This document shows, in pieces, positions 36,310 to 45,612 of a DNA stretch of 64,000 nucleotides. This DNA comes from Desulfobulbaceae bacterium (GTDB taxonomy: Bacteria > Desulfobacterota > Desulfobulbia > Desulfobulbales > SURF-16), in NCBI GenBank assembly GCA_002868945.1, contig PKTX01000058.1:64773-128772 (forward strand). Direction: 5' to 3'. Below the pieces are notes generated by a model. It ran no database searches, was not told where the DNA came from, and worked only from the letters and a program-made list of their open reading frames with translations. The translations under genes and the position numbers were made by a program. Position 1 is the stretch's first letter. Every line of letters starts with the position of its first letter.

Positions 36310-37050
36310 TTATGGAACTCTGAGCAGCCGCAGGATCAGGATGCCCAGCTCATAAAGGATATAGAGGGGACCGCCCATCAGCAGCATGGTCATGATATCA
36401 GCCGGAGTCAGCAGGGCGGAGACAATGGCAATGCCGAGGATGGCGAATTTGCGGTTCCTGACGAATTGCTCGCACCGGATCAGCCCGACATTACCGGCAA
36501 AGACCATGAAAATGGGCAGTTCGAATATCAGGCCAAAGGCCACGACAAAGAGGGTGACAAAGCCGACAAAGCGGCCCACTGAGATAACGGACTGCAGTTG
36601 CTCTGATTCATAGCCCAGAAGAAAGTTGATGCCCAGGGGCAGGGTCACGAAATAGCAGAAGAGACCACCGGCATAAAAGAGCAGGCAGGTGGTGATGATA
36701 AAACCTGCCTGGCTGCGGCGCGACAGCTTGAAAGGGCCGGCCAAGCCACGCCACAGGCAGAAGATAAAGGCCGGCATCAGGGTGATGATGGTGGCGACCA
36801 GGGCCAATTTGACATGGGCCAGAAAGGGTTCGGCCACTGTGAAGAAGGCCAGCTGTTGGTGGAGATGCTTCTGCACAAAGGCGAAAATACGCGGCGAGAT
36901 GAAGTAAAAGCCGCTGGTGCCGATGATGAGTGCCGCCCCAAGGACAAGGAAGGTGGTACGCAGGGCATAGATGGAGGCGACAATTTTCTGGGCCGGTTCC
37001 AGCCCCTCGCCATCGCCTTCATCACCGCTCATGTTCATCGTCGTTGTCAT
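36310..37050 (-). CDS. tatC: Twin-arginine translocase subunit TatC
   Basis: Six-TM TatC pattern (FFTVAEPF, LFELP, LLTPADI). The start is chosen downstream of the purQ stop, and its exact position is uncertain. Confidence 0.85.
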   Translation of the reverse strand: MTTTMNMSGDEGDGEGLEPAQKIVASIYALRTTFLVLGAALIIGTSGFYFISPRIFAFVQKHLHQQLAFFTVAEPFLAHVKLALVATIITLMPAFIFCLWRGLAGPFKLSRRSQAGFIITTCLLFYAGGLFCYFVTLPLGINFLLGYESEQLQSVISVGRFVGFVTLFVVAFGLIFELPIFMVFAGNVGLIRCEQFVRNRKFAILGIAIVSALLTPADIMTMLLMGGPLYILYELGILILRLLRVP

Positions 37051-37066
37051 CAACAGAGAGAGGCTG

Positions 37067-37891
37067 TTAGAGGTTCGTTCTGATAAAGTCGACCGCGTTG
37101 CGGAACAGGGCAACACCCTGGCCTTCGTCCGGCAGCTCTTCCCGGGTCCAGCGGGGATGGTTCACCCTGTGCAAAAAGGCCTCGGGGTGCGGCATCAACC
37201 CGAAAAGGCGGCCGCTTGGGTCGCAGATGCCGGCAATCCCATCCGGGGAACCGTTGGGGTTGTATGGATATTCCGTGGTGGGTTCCAGGGTGGCGGGATC
37301 GATGTAACGCAGGGCCACCAGCCTGTTGGCCAGCACCTGTTGCATGGTGGCATCATCCCTGGCGACAAATTTGCCCTCACCGTGGCGGATCGGATAGTAG
37401 AGATGCGTCAGTCCCTTGGTAAAGACGCAGGGGCTGGCGCTGTCCACGGCCAGATTGACCCAACGGTCCTCAAAGCGGCCTGAGTCATTATAGGTCAAAC
37501 TTACCTGCCGGTCCGTGTAGCATCTGTCAAAACCGGGCAGCAGGCCCATCTTGACCATGAGCTGAAAACCGTTGCAGACGCCGAGGATCAGTTTGCCGTC
37601 GTTGATGAAACGCAGCAGTTGGTCCTGCAGTTTTTCATCACTGCCGACAATGGCGGCATGCCGGAAGCGATGGGCTCCTGCCTGACCGGCGCCCAGGTCG
37701 TCGCCGTCGAGAAAGCCACCGGGCAGATTGAGGAAATGGTAGTCGTCCAGGCGGTATTCACCGTGCAGCAACTCGCTGACATGAGCGATGTCCACCTGAT
37801 CGGCACCGCCGAGGCGGCAGGCCTGGGCCATTTCATTTTCACAGTTGGTGCCATAGCCGGTGATGACGATAGCCTTAACCTTGTTTGCCAT
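37067..37891 (-). CDS. purQ: Phosphoribosylformylglycinamidine synthase, glutamine amidotransferase subunit
   Basis: LGVCNGFQLM (catalytic Cys) and HGEGKF. The ATG at 37891 follows GGAGA. Confidence 0.85.
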   Translation of the reverse strand: MANKVKAIVITGYGTNCENEMAQACRLGGADQVDIAHVSELLHGEYRLDDYHFLNLPGGFLDGDDLGAGQAGAHRFRHAAIVGSDEKLQDQLLRFINDGKLILGVCNGFQLMVKMGLLPGFDRCYTDRQVSLTYNDSGRFEDRWVNLAVDSASPCVFTKGLTHLYYPIRHGEGKFVARDDATMQQVLANRLVALRYIDPATLEPTTEYPYNPNGSPDGIAGICDPSGRLFGLMPHPEAFLHRVNHPRWTREELPDEGQGVALFRNAVDFIRTNL

Positions 37892-38123
37892 TATCTGTTC
37901 TCCATTGCCTTGGATATCAATCGCTGGAAGATCCAGGTTGAAGCGGATTATACCAGGTAGAAGTGGGACTCGCCCGCTGCTGCCTCTCTCTACCATAGAA
38001 AAAGAAAAAAATCATGGATCTCTTGGCAGGACGGCTGATCTTTGTGCAGGCGCCTGGCGCTCCCTCCGGCCCCCTCTGCCGGCAGGAAACAGCACCGTCG
38101 AGCCGTCTGCGGCGCCGGCGTCT

Positions 38124-38831
38124 TCATCCTGCTGGGTGGCTGCTTCCCTGACCGCCGAAAATTTCCTTGTCCAGACGCTGGAAGAAGACTTCCATGAAAT
38201 CATGGCGTTCACAGGCGAGCTGTCTGCCTATAGGTGTCAGCATGCGCTCCTTGACCCTGCACATCTTTACCTTGAACTCGCGGTAGGCCGTGTCATTGGT
38301 GCTGTATGACGTGGTGGCGCTGATATCGCCGCTGTCGTTGTGGAGTTTGGCGCCGATCTGCCCGGCAAAGAGAAAGGCGCGGCCAATACCCACCGCGCCG
38401 ATGGAGTCGAGCTTGTCGGCGTCAAAGAGGATACGGGCCTCCAGGCTCTCCGGGATATTGGTGCCGCGAAAACGGTGGCAGCGGATGGCGTGGCGGATGG
38501 CCTGGATGTCATGCCGGGCAAAGCCGCATGCCGCCAGGATATGCCGGGCCAGTTGCGCGCCTTTTTCGGCATGGCAGATTTTGCCCTGGCTGCTGGTCTC
38601 AAAGCCGCGGCCGATATCGTGGAGGATGGCGGCCGCCTGCAGGATGTCGAGGCGGGCCCCCATCTCGGTACCGATAAAGAGGCAGGTCTTTTCGACGCGC
38701 AGACCATGGTCCGGGCCGTGGCAACCACCTTCCTCGTCGCAGAAGCCACGGGCGATGGAACGCAGCTTTTCGGTGATCTCCGCAGAGAGTGGCGGCCGGC
38801 AAAGGTCTGGGCTGATGGCGGCAAGGGGCAT
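38124..38831 (-). CDS. HD-domain metal-dependent phosphohydrolase
   Basis: HGLRV...AAILHDIGR...DADKLD. Confidence 0.75.
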   Translation of the reverse strand: MPLAAISPDLCRPPLSAEITEKLRSIARGFCDEEGGCHGPDHGLRVEKTCLFIGTEMGARLDILQAAAILHDIGRGFETSSQGKICHAEKGAQLARHILAACGFARHDIQAIRHAIRCHRFRGTNIPESLEARILFDADKLDSIGAVGIGRAFLFAGQIGAKLHNDSGDISATTSYSTNDTAYREFKVKMCRVKERMLTPIGRQLACERHDFMEVFFQRLDKEIFGGQGSSHPAG

Positions 38832-38858
38832 GGCGGCAGGTGTTTGACAGAAGAATTT

Positions 38859-39566
38859 TTACGGCTTGAAAAAACCGAAAAGCTGTATGCGTAACCAGCT
38901 GATGGCAGCCAGCAGCAGGTTGTCGTCATCAAGCTCATGAGACTCGCTCACCTTGCCACTGGCCCGGAAGGCGTCGAGGTCGTAGAGGGTGTCGATAAAG
39001 AGGCGGCGCTGCTCGGGGCTTGGCAGAAAGCCCCGGGCCACCTCCGGACTGTGCAGGATGGTGAACATGGCGTCATTCATGCGGTTATAGGTGTGCAGGC
39101 CCTGGCCCTGGGTCCAGCTGGCAATGGTCTGCTCGGTGGCTTCCTGGAAACCGAGGCAATGCTCCTCTCGGATGACCACATGAAAAGAGCCGAGGCTGCC
39201 GTCCGGCTGCCGGAAGGCGGCCCGTCCCAGGGGGTAGGTGCGACAGGCCGCCGGCCGGCCCTGGTAGACGGCGCAGCCTTGTGCCGAGACAAAGGGACAG
39301 CTGGCCTGGCCGTCATCCACCATGCCGAGATAGACGCCGGGGAAGACGTCGCCCTCCTGCCATTCGATCAGGGTATACTGGTCGAGAAAGTCGCGGCTGC
39401 TGATGCCGAGCCGGCGGCACAGACCCAGGACATCATAGGGGGTCAGGGCCAGTTCCAGCTGGCGGCAGCAGTTGGTGAAACAGGGCACACCAGGGTGGCA
39501 GTCAAAGCAGAAGACCTCCTCCGCGCCGATTTCCTTGATGTTTTCCGGAAGCTGCGGGGGGGCCAT
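38859..39566 (-). CDS. YkgJ-family cysteine-cluster (CxxCxxCC) protein
   Basis: FDCHPGVPCFTNCC and a later CPF...GCAVY..RPAACRTYP. The ATG at 39566 overlaps the secDF stop (TAATG). Confidence 0.75.
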   Translation of the reverse strand: MAPPQLPENIKEIGAEEVFCFDCHPGVPCFTNCCRQLELALTPYDVLGLCRRLGISSRDFLDQYTLIEWQEGDVFPGVYLGMVDDGQASCPFVSAQGCAVYQGRPAACRTYPLGRAAFRQPDGSLGSFHVVIREEHCLGFQEATEQTIASWTQGQGLHTYNRMNDAMFTILHSPEVARGFLPSPEQRRLFIDTLYDLDAFRASGKVSESHELDDDNLLLAAISWLRIQLFGFFKP

Positions 39567-42109
39567 TATTTCTTCCGCCACAGGTAGAGGAGCGGGCTTG
39601 CCACAAAGATTGACGAGTAGGTGCCGATCAGGACACCAGTCAGCAGGGCAAAGGAAAAATCATGGATAACCGTGCCGCCCAGGAGAAAGAGGGCAAGCAG
39701 CACCAGGGCCGTGGTCAGCGAGGTAATCACGGTTCGGCTCAGGATGTTGTTGATGGAGAGGTTGATCACCTCACCCATACCCATCTTGACATCCTTGCGG
39801 ATGTTTTCCCGTATGCGGTCAAAGACCACCACCGAGTCGTTGAGGGAGTAGCCGGCCAGGGTGAGCAGGGCGGTGACAATGAGCAGGGTTATTTCAATAT
39901 TGAGAAGGTAGCAGATACCCAGCACGACAATAACATCATGAAAGGTGGCCAGGGCCGCGGCAACGCCGAAGCGGATGTCAAAGCGCAGGGCCAGGTAACA
40001 GATGACCCCCACCAGTGAAATAAAGATGGCCTGGATCGCCTTTTTGCGCAGCATCTCGCTCACCGAGGCGCCGATTTCCGACTGGCTCTCCAGGGTAAAG
40101 GTATAGTCGCCGAGGTTGTCGGCCAGTAGTTTGTTCACCGTGGTGGCATCGGAGCCCACCACGTCGGCGGATTTCTTGATCTTGACGATAAGACGGTTGC
40201 CGTCCTCCACCGGTTGCAGGTCATAGTTGCTGAGCACCTGCCGTACCTCGGCCAGGGCAAAGGGCTGATCCGCCTTGTATTGCAGCATGGTGCCGCCGGC
40301 AAAATCCACGCCGAGGTTGCCCTTGCCGAGCATGAGCTGCACGCTGGCCACCAGGCCCAGGGCCACCAGGATGCCGGAGATGGCAAAGGTGTACTTGCGC
40401 ATGGCCATGTAATCAAAGTTGGGATGCTTGAAGAGCTCGAAAAAGGAGATGCTCTTCAGCAGATTCTTCTCATAGAGGAAGTCGTAGACCAGGCGGGTGG
40501 CAAAAAGGTTGGTAAAGAGGTTAAAGGTGACACCCAGGGACAGGGTAACGGCAAAACCCTTGATGGGGCCGGTGCCGAACAGAAACAGGGCCAGGGCGGT
40601 AATCAGGGTGGTGACCTGCGAGTCGACAATGGTCCACAGGGCCTTGTCGTAGCCGCCTTCCACTGCGGATTTGGTTGATTTGCCCAGGGCGAACTCTTCC
40701 CGCATCCTCTCAAAGATGAGGATGTTGGAATCCACGGCCATGCCGATGGCCAGGATGATACCGGCGATACCGGGCAGGGTCAGGGTGGCCTGCAGGGCTG
40801 CCAGGCCGGTGAAGATGAAGAGGACGTTGAGGAGCAGGGCACCGTTGGCAATGAGGCCGGCCAGTCGGTAGTAAAAGACCATAAAGAGCAGGACCAGCAG
40901 GGTGCCCAGCAGGCCGGAGGTCAGCCCCTTATTGATGGAGTCCTGGCCCAGGGAGGCGCCCACGGTCAGCTCCTGGACGATATCAACCGGGGCAGGCAGG
41001 GCACCGACCCGCAGGACAATGGCCAGGTCGTTGGCCTCTTCATAGGTGAAGGAGCCGGTGATCATGGCACTGCCGCCTAAGATCTTCGACTGGATATTGG
41101 GGGCGGAGCGAACCACATCATCCAGGACAATGGCCAGCCGTTCGTTGATATTCTTGCCGGTGATGTCGCCAAAGACCTTGGCGCCGCGGCCGGTGAGATC
41201 CAGGCTGACATAGGGTTCGTTAAAATCACCGCCGATGCGGACCTGGGCATCCTTGACCATTTCGCCGGTCATCAGGACCTGTTTGTGGAGAAGCAGAGGG
41301 GTCTGCCGTTCGGCCCCGGTTTCCAGGTCAACATGTTTTTCAAAGTAGATCTCCGTCTCATCGGGCAGCTCATGTTTGAGGGCCTCGTTCAGGCGGGCGC
41401 GACTCTGGTCCTCCTGCCATTTGCCGGCGGCAATGGCCTGATCGATAAGGGCGGGCAGGGTGGCGGTGCCGGGGCCGTCCACCAGCTTGAATTCCAGCTG
41501 GGCGGTTTTGCCGATGAGCCCCTTGGCGCGCTCCGGATCCTTGACGCCGGGCAGCTGGACAACCACCTCATCCTTACCCTGGCGGATGATAACGGGCTCG
41601 GAGACGCCAAACTGATCAATACGGTTGCGGACAATCTCCAGTGACTGGTTCACCGCGTTGTTGTTGATAAACTTGATGCGCTCTTCGGCAAGGCTGAGAA
41701 AGACGCGGGGAAAGTCGCCGCCTTCGCGGACGTCAATGGTCAGGTCGGGGAAATCCTCCTTGACCATGGCCTGGATCTCGGGGAGTGACTTTTTGTTGGG
41801 CAGGGTAAAGAGGACCTTGTGGCGATCGCCGGAGTCCATCTTGACCACGGTGATTTTTTTCTCCTTAAGCTGGCTTTTCAGATCATCGGTGGCAAAGTTG
41901 AGGGCATTTTCAATGGCCTTGTCGAGATTGACCTTGAGGATGATATGCATGCCGCCCTGCAGATCCAGGCCCTGGCTCAGTCCCTCCGGGGCAAGATAAC
42001 GCTTCCACCAGTCAGGCACACCTGAATAGACGGAGGGCAGCAGGGTGACACCGGAATAGATGATACAGAAAAAAAGAAGAAGAAATTTCCACTTGAGACT
42101 TTTATTCAT
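39566..42109 (-). CDS. secDF: Fused protein-export membrane protein SecD/SecF
   Basis: 847 aa with SecD (GLDLQGG, periplasmic domain) and SecF halves and 12 TM segments. Confidence 0.93.
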   Translation of the reverse strand: MNKSLKWKFLLLFFCIIYSGVTLLPSVYSGVPDWWKRYLAPEGLSQGLDLQGGMHIILKVNLDKAIENALNFATDDLKSQLKEKKITVVKMDSGDRHKVLFTLPNKKSLPEIQAMVKEDFPDLTIDVREGGDFPRVFLSLAEERIKFINNNAVNQSLEIVRNRIDQFGVSEPVIIRQGKDEVVVQLPGVKDPERAKGLIGKTAQLEFKLVDGPGTATLPALIDQAIAAGKWQEDQSRARLNEALKHELPDETEIYFEKHVDLETGAERQTPLLLHKQVLMTGEMVKDAQVRIGGDFNEPYVSLDLTGRGAKVFGDITGKNINERLAIVLDDVVRSAPNIQSKILGGSAMITGSFTYEEANDLAIVLRVGALPAPVDIVQELTVGASLGQDSINKGLTSGLLGTLLVLLFMVFYYRLAGLIANGALLLNVLFIFTGLAALQATLTLPGIAGIILAIGMAVDSNILIFERMREEFALGKSTKSAVEGGYDKALWTIVDSQVTTLITALALFLFGTGPIKGFAVTLSLGVTFNLFTNLFATRLVYDFLYEKNLLKSISFFELFKHPNFDYMAMRKYTFAISGILVALGLVASVQLMLGKGNLGVDFAGGTMLQYKADQPFALAEVRQVLSNYDLQPVEDGNRLIVKIKKSADVVGSDATTVNKLLADNLGDYTFTLESQSEIGASVSEMLRKKAIQAIFISLVGVICYLALRFDIRFGVAAALATFHDVIVVLGICYLLNIEITLLIVTALLTLAGYSLNDSVVVFDRIRENIRKDVKMGMGEVINLSINNILSRTVITSLTTALVLLALFLLGGTVIHDFSFALLTGVLIGTYSSIFVASPLLYLWRKK

Positions 42110-42519
42110 TTAAAAAACTCCATGAGGGGAGAGCTGCCGGCCGGGCATGCTATTGCAACAACAGGACATGCGGGCCATCAACGGAGGTCACGCCGTATCT
42201 GATGTTGGTGAGCGGGAACGATTGTTAAGAAATGTCGCGAGATTATACCTTACAGGGCCGGGATGTCAAACGTTGAAAATAAGCGGCCTTGCCATGTATG
42301 GTAAGGTCTGGCACAGTGGCACTGTCGAAGAGGGCTTTTCTTTCCGGTGGACGGCGGCGCAAAAATCAACTAAGAAGTGTCTGTCCAGCCCGGAGACTGT
42401 TTCTTTGGAGACCAGGGCCTCCAAAAAGCATAAGCAGCGCTCGCATGCGGACAAAGGGTGAAGGGTGAGGTGTCAGGAGAATCCAAAACGCTCTCACTTC
42501 AGGCCATGGGGACTACTTG

Positions 42520-42606
42520 GTGTCTGTCCAGAAATAGGACATTTCGGAGTCTCGCTCCGCTCGCTTATTTGTTCGAGATTGAGAAGCATAGAAAATAAAA
42601 CTCAAC
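42520..42606. mobile_element. Truncated copy of the GTGTCTGTCCAGAAATAGG MITE family
   Basis: The left terminus and the CATTTCGGAGTCTCGC..GCTCGCTTA module are present, but no right terminus is found. Confidence 0.5.
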
Positions 42607-42643
42607 TTTCCGACATGTGTTATCTTATGCTTTTTAAGCTTTT

Positions 42644-42755
42644 CTTCTGACTTCTGACTTCTGACTTCTGACTTCTGACTTCTGACTTCTGACTTCTGAC
42701 TTCTGACTTCTGACTTCTGACTTCTGACTTCTGATTTCTGACTTTTGACCCCTGA
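42644..42755. repeat. Tandem heptanucleotide array (CTTCTGA x13 perfect plus 3 degenerate units)
   Basis: Counted directly. Unit phase is kept from 42644 to 42755, ending 38 nt before the start codon at 42794. Confidence 0.95.
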
Positions 42756-42793
42756 ATCCTCCTCGTACCTCTTGCAGAGCAGGTTGACCAATC

Positions 42794-43405
42794 ATGACAC
42801 TTACGGAACAGCATAAAGAGATCAGCGATTGCCCTATTCATCTCATCCGGGCGGCTGCATCCACAGGCCCAACCCTTGTCTTCCTGCACGGCATGAAATT
42901 CAATGCCGCCACCTGGCGTGATTTGGGTACCCTGGCCACCCTGGTCCGGGAGGGCTATGGTGTTGTCGCCCTTGACCTGCCCGGTTTCGGCGAGTCGCCG
43001 GCCTGTGACCGATCGCCCCTTACGATACTGAAAGAGCTCATCAGCGACCTCAAACTTGACAGGCCCATTCTGGTGGGGCCCTCCATGGGCGGCAAGGTTG
43101 CCCTGGAGTTTGCCCTGGCCCATGCCGAACTGGTGGGCGGTCTGATCCTGGTTGGTGCCGTGGGCGTAGAAGAACGCAGGAAACAACTGGCAGATATCAA
43201 GGTCCCCACCCTGGTGGTCTGGGGCAGCGAGGACGCCATCTCCCCTCTGGCAAACGCTCACCTGCTGGCTGAGCAGATTCCCGATGCAAGCCTGGTGCTG
43301 GTTCAGGGAGCACCTCATCCATGTTATTTAGATCAGCCCGATATCTGGCACTGGGAGGTGACCAGTTTTCTGGCCGAACACTTTGGGACAGCGCAAAAGA
43401 AATGA
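42794..43405 (+). CDS. Alpha/beta-fold hydrolase
   Basis: LVFLHG and GPSMGG (nucleophile elbow), plus a C-terminal GAPH. Confidence 0.8.
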   Translation: MTLTEQHKEISDCPIHLIRAAASTGPTLVFLHGMKFNAATWRDLGTLATLVREGYGVVALDLPGFGESPACDRSPLTILKELISDLKLDRPILVGPSMGGKVALEFALAHAELVGGLILVGAVGVEERRKQLADIKVPTLVVWGSEDAISPLANAHLLAEQIPDASLVLVQGAPHPCYLDQPDIWHWEVTSFLAEHFGTAQKK

Positions 43406-43773
43406 AAGACGTTCATAAGACACTGGCGGATAAGTCCAGCCTGGAGATTGCCCGGCTGCTGAGTCAAACCGCCCTTGATAACAAGGCCGAAGACCTGGTT
43501 ATTCTCGATGTGCATGGCATATCCTCCTTTACCGACTATTTTGTCGTAATGAGCGGTCGTTCCACCCGGCATGTTCAGGGTTTGGCCGATGCGGTGAGCC
43601 GCCTCATGAGCAAGAAGAGGATCAATCAGAGCAAGGTGGAAGGCTATAACGAGGGGCAATGGGTGCTGCTCGATTATAATGATGTGGTGATTCATATTTT
43701 CTATCACGAGGCCCGCGCCTTTTACGACCTTGAGGGGTTGTGGCATGACGCGCCCCGGGTGGATGTGGAGTAG
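43402..43773 (+). CDS. rsfS: Ribosomal silencing factor RsfS (iojap)
   Basis: DYFVVMSGRSTRHV, WVLLDYNDVVIHIF and LEGLW. ATGA overlap with the upstream gene. Confidence 0.9.
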   Translation: MKDVHKTLADKSSLEIARLLSQTALDNKAEDLVILDVHGISSFTDYFVVMSGRSTRHVQGLADAVSRLMSKKRINQSKVEGYNEGQWVLLDYNDVVIHIFYHEARAFYDLEGLWHDAPRVDVE

Positions 43774-43775
43774 AC

Positions 43776-45320
43776 ATGGCAGCCAAAAGACCTGTGCTCC
43801 TGGCCATCCTGGATGGCTGGGGAGTCGGAGAGCAGACAGAGACCAATGCCGTCCATATGGCCCATACCCCCCATATGGATGGCTGGATGCAGGAATATCC
43901 CGCCACCACGCTCCTGGCCCATAACGGCGCCGTCGGCCTGCCGGAGGGGCAGATGGGCAATTCCGAGGTCGGCCATCTCAATATCGGCGCCGGTCGCGTT
44001 GTCTATCAGGATTTCACCCGCATCAACAAGGCCGTGGCCGAAGGCACGCTGGCCGACAATGAGGTGCTGGTGCAAACCCTGGATAAGCTGCAGGCCCAAG
44101 GCTCTGCCCTCCATCTGTTGGGGTTGGTCTCCGACGGCGGTGTCCACAGCCACCTGAATCATCTCCTGGCCCTGGTGGCGGCTGCGGCAGCCAAGGGCAT
44201 AGAGAAGATCTATATCCACGCCTTCATGGATGGCCGCGATACGCCGCCGGCCAGTGGCGCCGGGTATATGGCCGATCTGCTGGCCGGCCTGGCTGATATC
44301 GGCCGCGGCGAGGTGGCCACCATCAGCGGCCGTTACTATGCCATGGATCGCGATAACCGTTGGCAGCGTATCAAGCTGGCCTGGGACGCCATGGTGGCCG
44401 GGCAGGGCTTTCTCAGCGACGATGATCCGGTGGGCGCGGTGCAGGCCGCCTATGATCGCCGCGAAAACGACGAATTTATCAAGCCCATTGTTCTGCGCCA
44501 GGCGGGCAGGCCGGTGGCACGGATCAGCGATGATGATGCGGTGATCTTTTTCAACTTCCGGGCCGATCGGGCCCGCGAGTTGACCCGCGCCTTTACCGTT
44601 GCCGATTTTGACGGTTTTGATGTCGGTAATCGGCCCCGGCTCAGCAACTATGTGATGATGACCCGTTATGACAAGAATTTCGAGCTGCCCATCCTCTTTC
44701 CGCCGCAGGCTCTCACCCACATCCTCGGCGAGGAGGTGAGTGCCGCCGGTCTCAGGCAGCTGCGCATTGCCGAGACCGAAAAGTACGCCCATGTCACCTT
44801 CTTTTTCAATGGCGGGCGGGAGGAGCCCTTTGCCGGCGAGGATCGTTTGCTCATCGATTCGCCGCGCCAGGTGGCCACCTATGACGAGCAACCGGCCATG
44901 AGCGCCGTCGAGGTTACCGAGGCCCTGCTCGACCGGCTTGACAGCGGTCTCTACGACCTGATTATCCTTAACTTTGCCAACGCCGATATGGTGGGGCATA
45001 CCGGCGTCATGGCGGCGGCCGTGGCTGCCTGCGAGACCGTGGATGCCTGCATGGCCCGGCTGGTGGCCAAGGTGCGGGAGCTGGACGGCACGGTGCTGGT
45101 CACGGCGGATCACGGTAATTCCGATATCATGTATGATGTGAAAACCCAGGGACCTTATACGGCCCATACCCTGAATCCGGTACCCCTCATCCTCATCAAT
45201 GACGCCATGAAGGAGAAAAAGCTGCATGACGGCGGCGCCCTGAAGGATATTGCCCCCACCATTCTGCGGCTCCTCAATCTCCCCATTCCGGCTGAAATGG
45301 AGGGGGAGTGCCTTTTTTAG
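43776..45320 (+). CDS. gpmI: 2,3-bisphosphoglycerate-independent phosphoglycerate mutase
   Basis: LAILDGWG, GNSEVGHLNIGAGR and ADHGN. Confidence 0.95.
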   Translation: MAAKRPVLLAILDGWGVGEQTETNAVHMAHTPHMDGWMQEYPATTLLAHNGAVGLPEGQMGNSEVGHLNIGAGRVVYQDFTRINKAVAEGTLADNEVLVQTLDKLQAQGSALHLLGLVSDGGVHSHLNHLLALVAAAAAKGIEKIYIHAFMDGRDTPPASGAGYMADLLAGLADIGRGEVATISGRYYAMDRDNRWQRIKLAWDAMVAGQGFLSDDDPVGAVQAAYDRRENDEFIKPIVLRQAGRPVARISDDDAVIFFNFRADRARELTRAFTVADFDGFDVGNRPRLSNYVMMTRYDKNFELPILFPPQALTHILGEEVSAAGLRQLRIAETEKYAHVTFFFNGGREEPFAGEDRLLIDSPRQVATYDEQPAMSAVEVTEALLDRLDSGLYDLIILNFANADMVGHTGVMAAAVAACETVDACMARLVAKVRELDGTVLVTADHGNSDIMYDVKTQGPYTAHTLNPVPLILINDAMKEKKLHDGGALKDIAPTILRLLNLPIPAEMEGECLF

Positions 45321-45440
45321 CACGGTCTTTTTCGCTCCGGCACCAGGCCGGAAAGTTACAACTCAATTCAACTTTTTGAGTTGGGATAACTATTGGATAT
45401 TATGCGAGTTAAAAGCCGTTTCAGGCTTGTGAGTCCCCGG

Positions 45441-45461
45441 GAATTCAGAATTCAGAATTCA
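45441..45461. repeat. Short heptad array (GAATTCA x3) with adjacent AAGCTT-containing core
   Basis: GAATTCAGAATTCAGAATTCA is followed by AAACAGTAAAAAAGCTTGAAAATCAG. The reverse complement resembles the core of the 47030 element. Confidence 0.5.
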
Positions 45462-45612
45462 GGAAACAGTAAAAAAGCTTGAAAATCAGTCAATCCGGCT
45501 TCTGTATTTCGGCATGTTGGGGAAAAAACTTCGCCATTTTCACTATTAATCAACATAATCTCAACGAAATATTAGAAGTTAGAAAGTTGAGAACTCAACA
45601 AATTTAAAAAAA

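Noticed and set aside
42644-42755. Heptad arrays as possible CRISPR arrays (also at 47030, 49104 and 57463).
   Set aside because: The units are 7 bp and contiguous with no spacers. There is no leader and there are no cas genes. They are microsatellite-like tandem repeats, not CRISPR.
42513-43318. Minus-strand ORFs encoding (SEVRSQK)n repeats.
   Set aside because: The repeat is the direct translation of the CTTCTGA heptanucleotide array. The rest of the 42620..43318 ORF is antisense to a well-supported alpha/beta hydrolase gene.
43722-45323. 533-aa ORF antisense to gpmI. Similar long antisense ORFs are 45604..46983 (thrC), 11163..12443 (prfC), 16843..18189 (nrdJ), 53889..55187 (mtaD), 57742..58908 (HD gene) and 48142..49209.
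   Set aside because: The sense strand encodes proteins with unmistakable family motifs in every case. The antisense translations are Gly/Ala/Arg/His-rich with no motifs, as expected for stop-poor shadow frames in GC-rich DNA.
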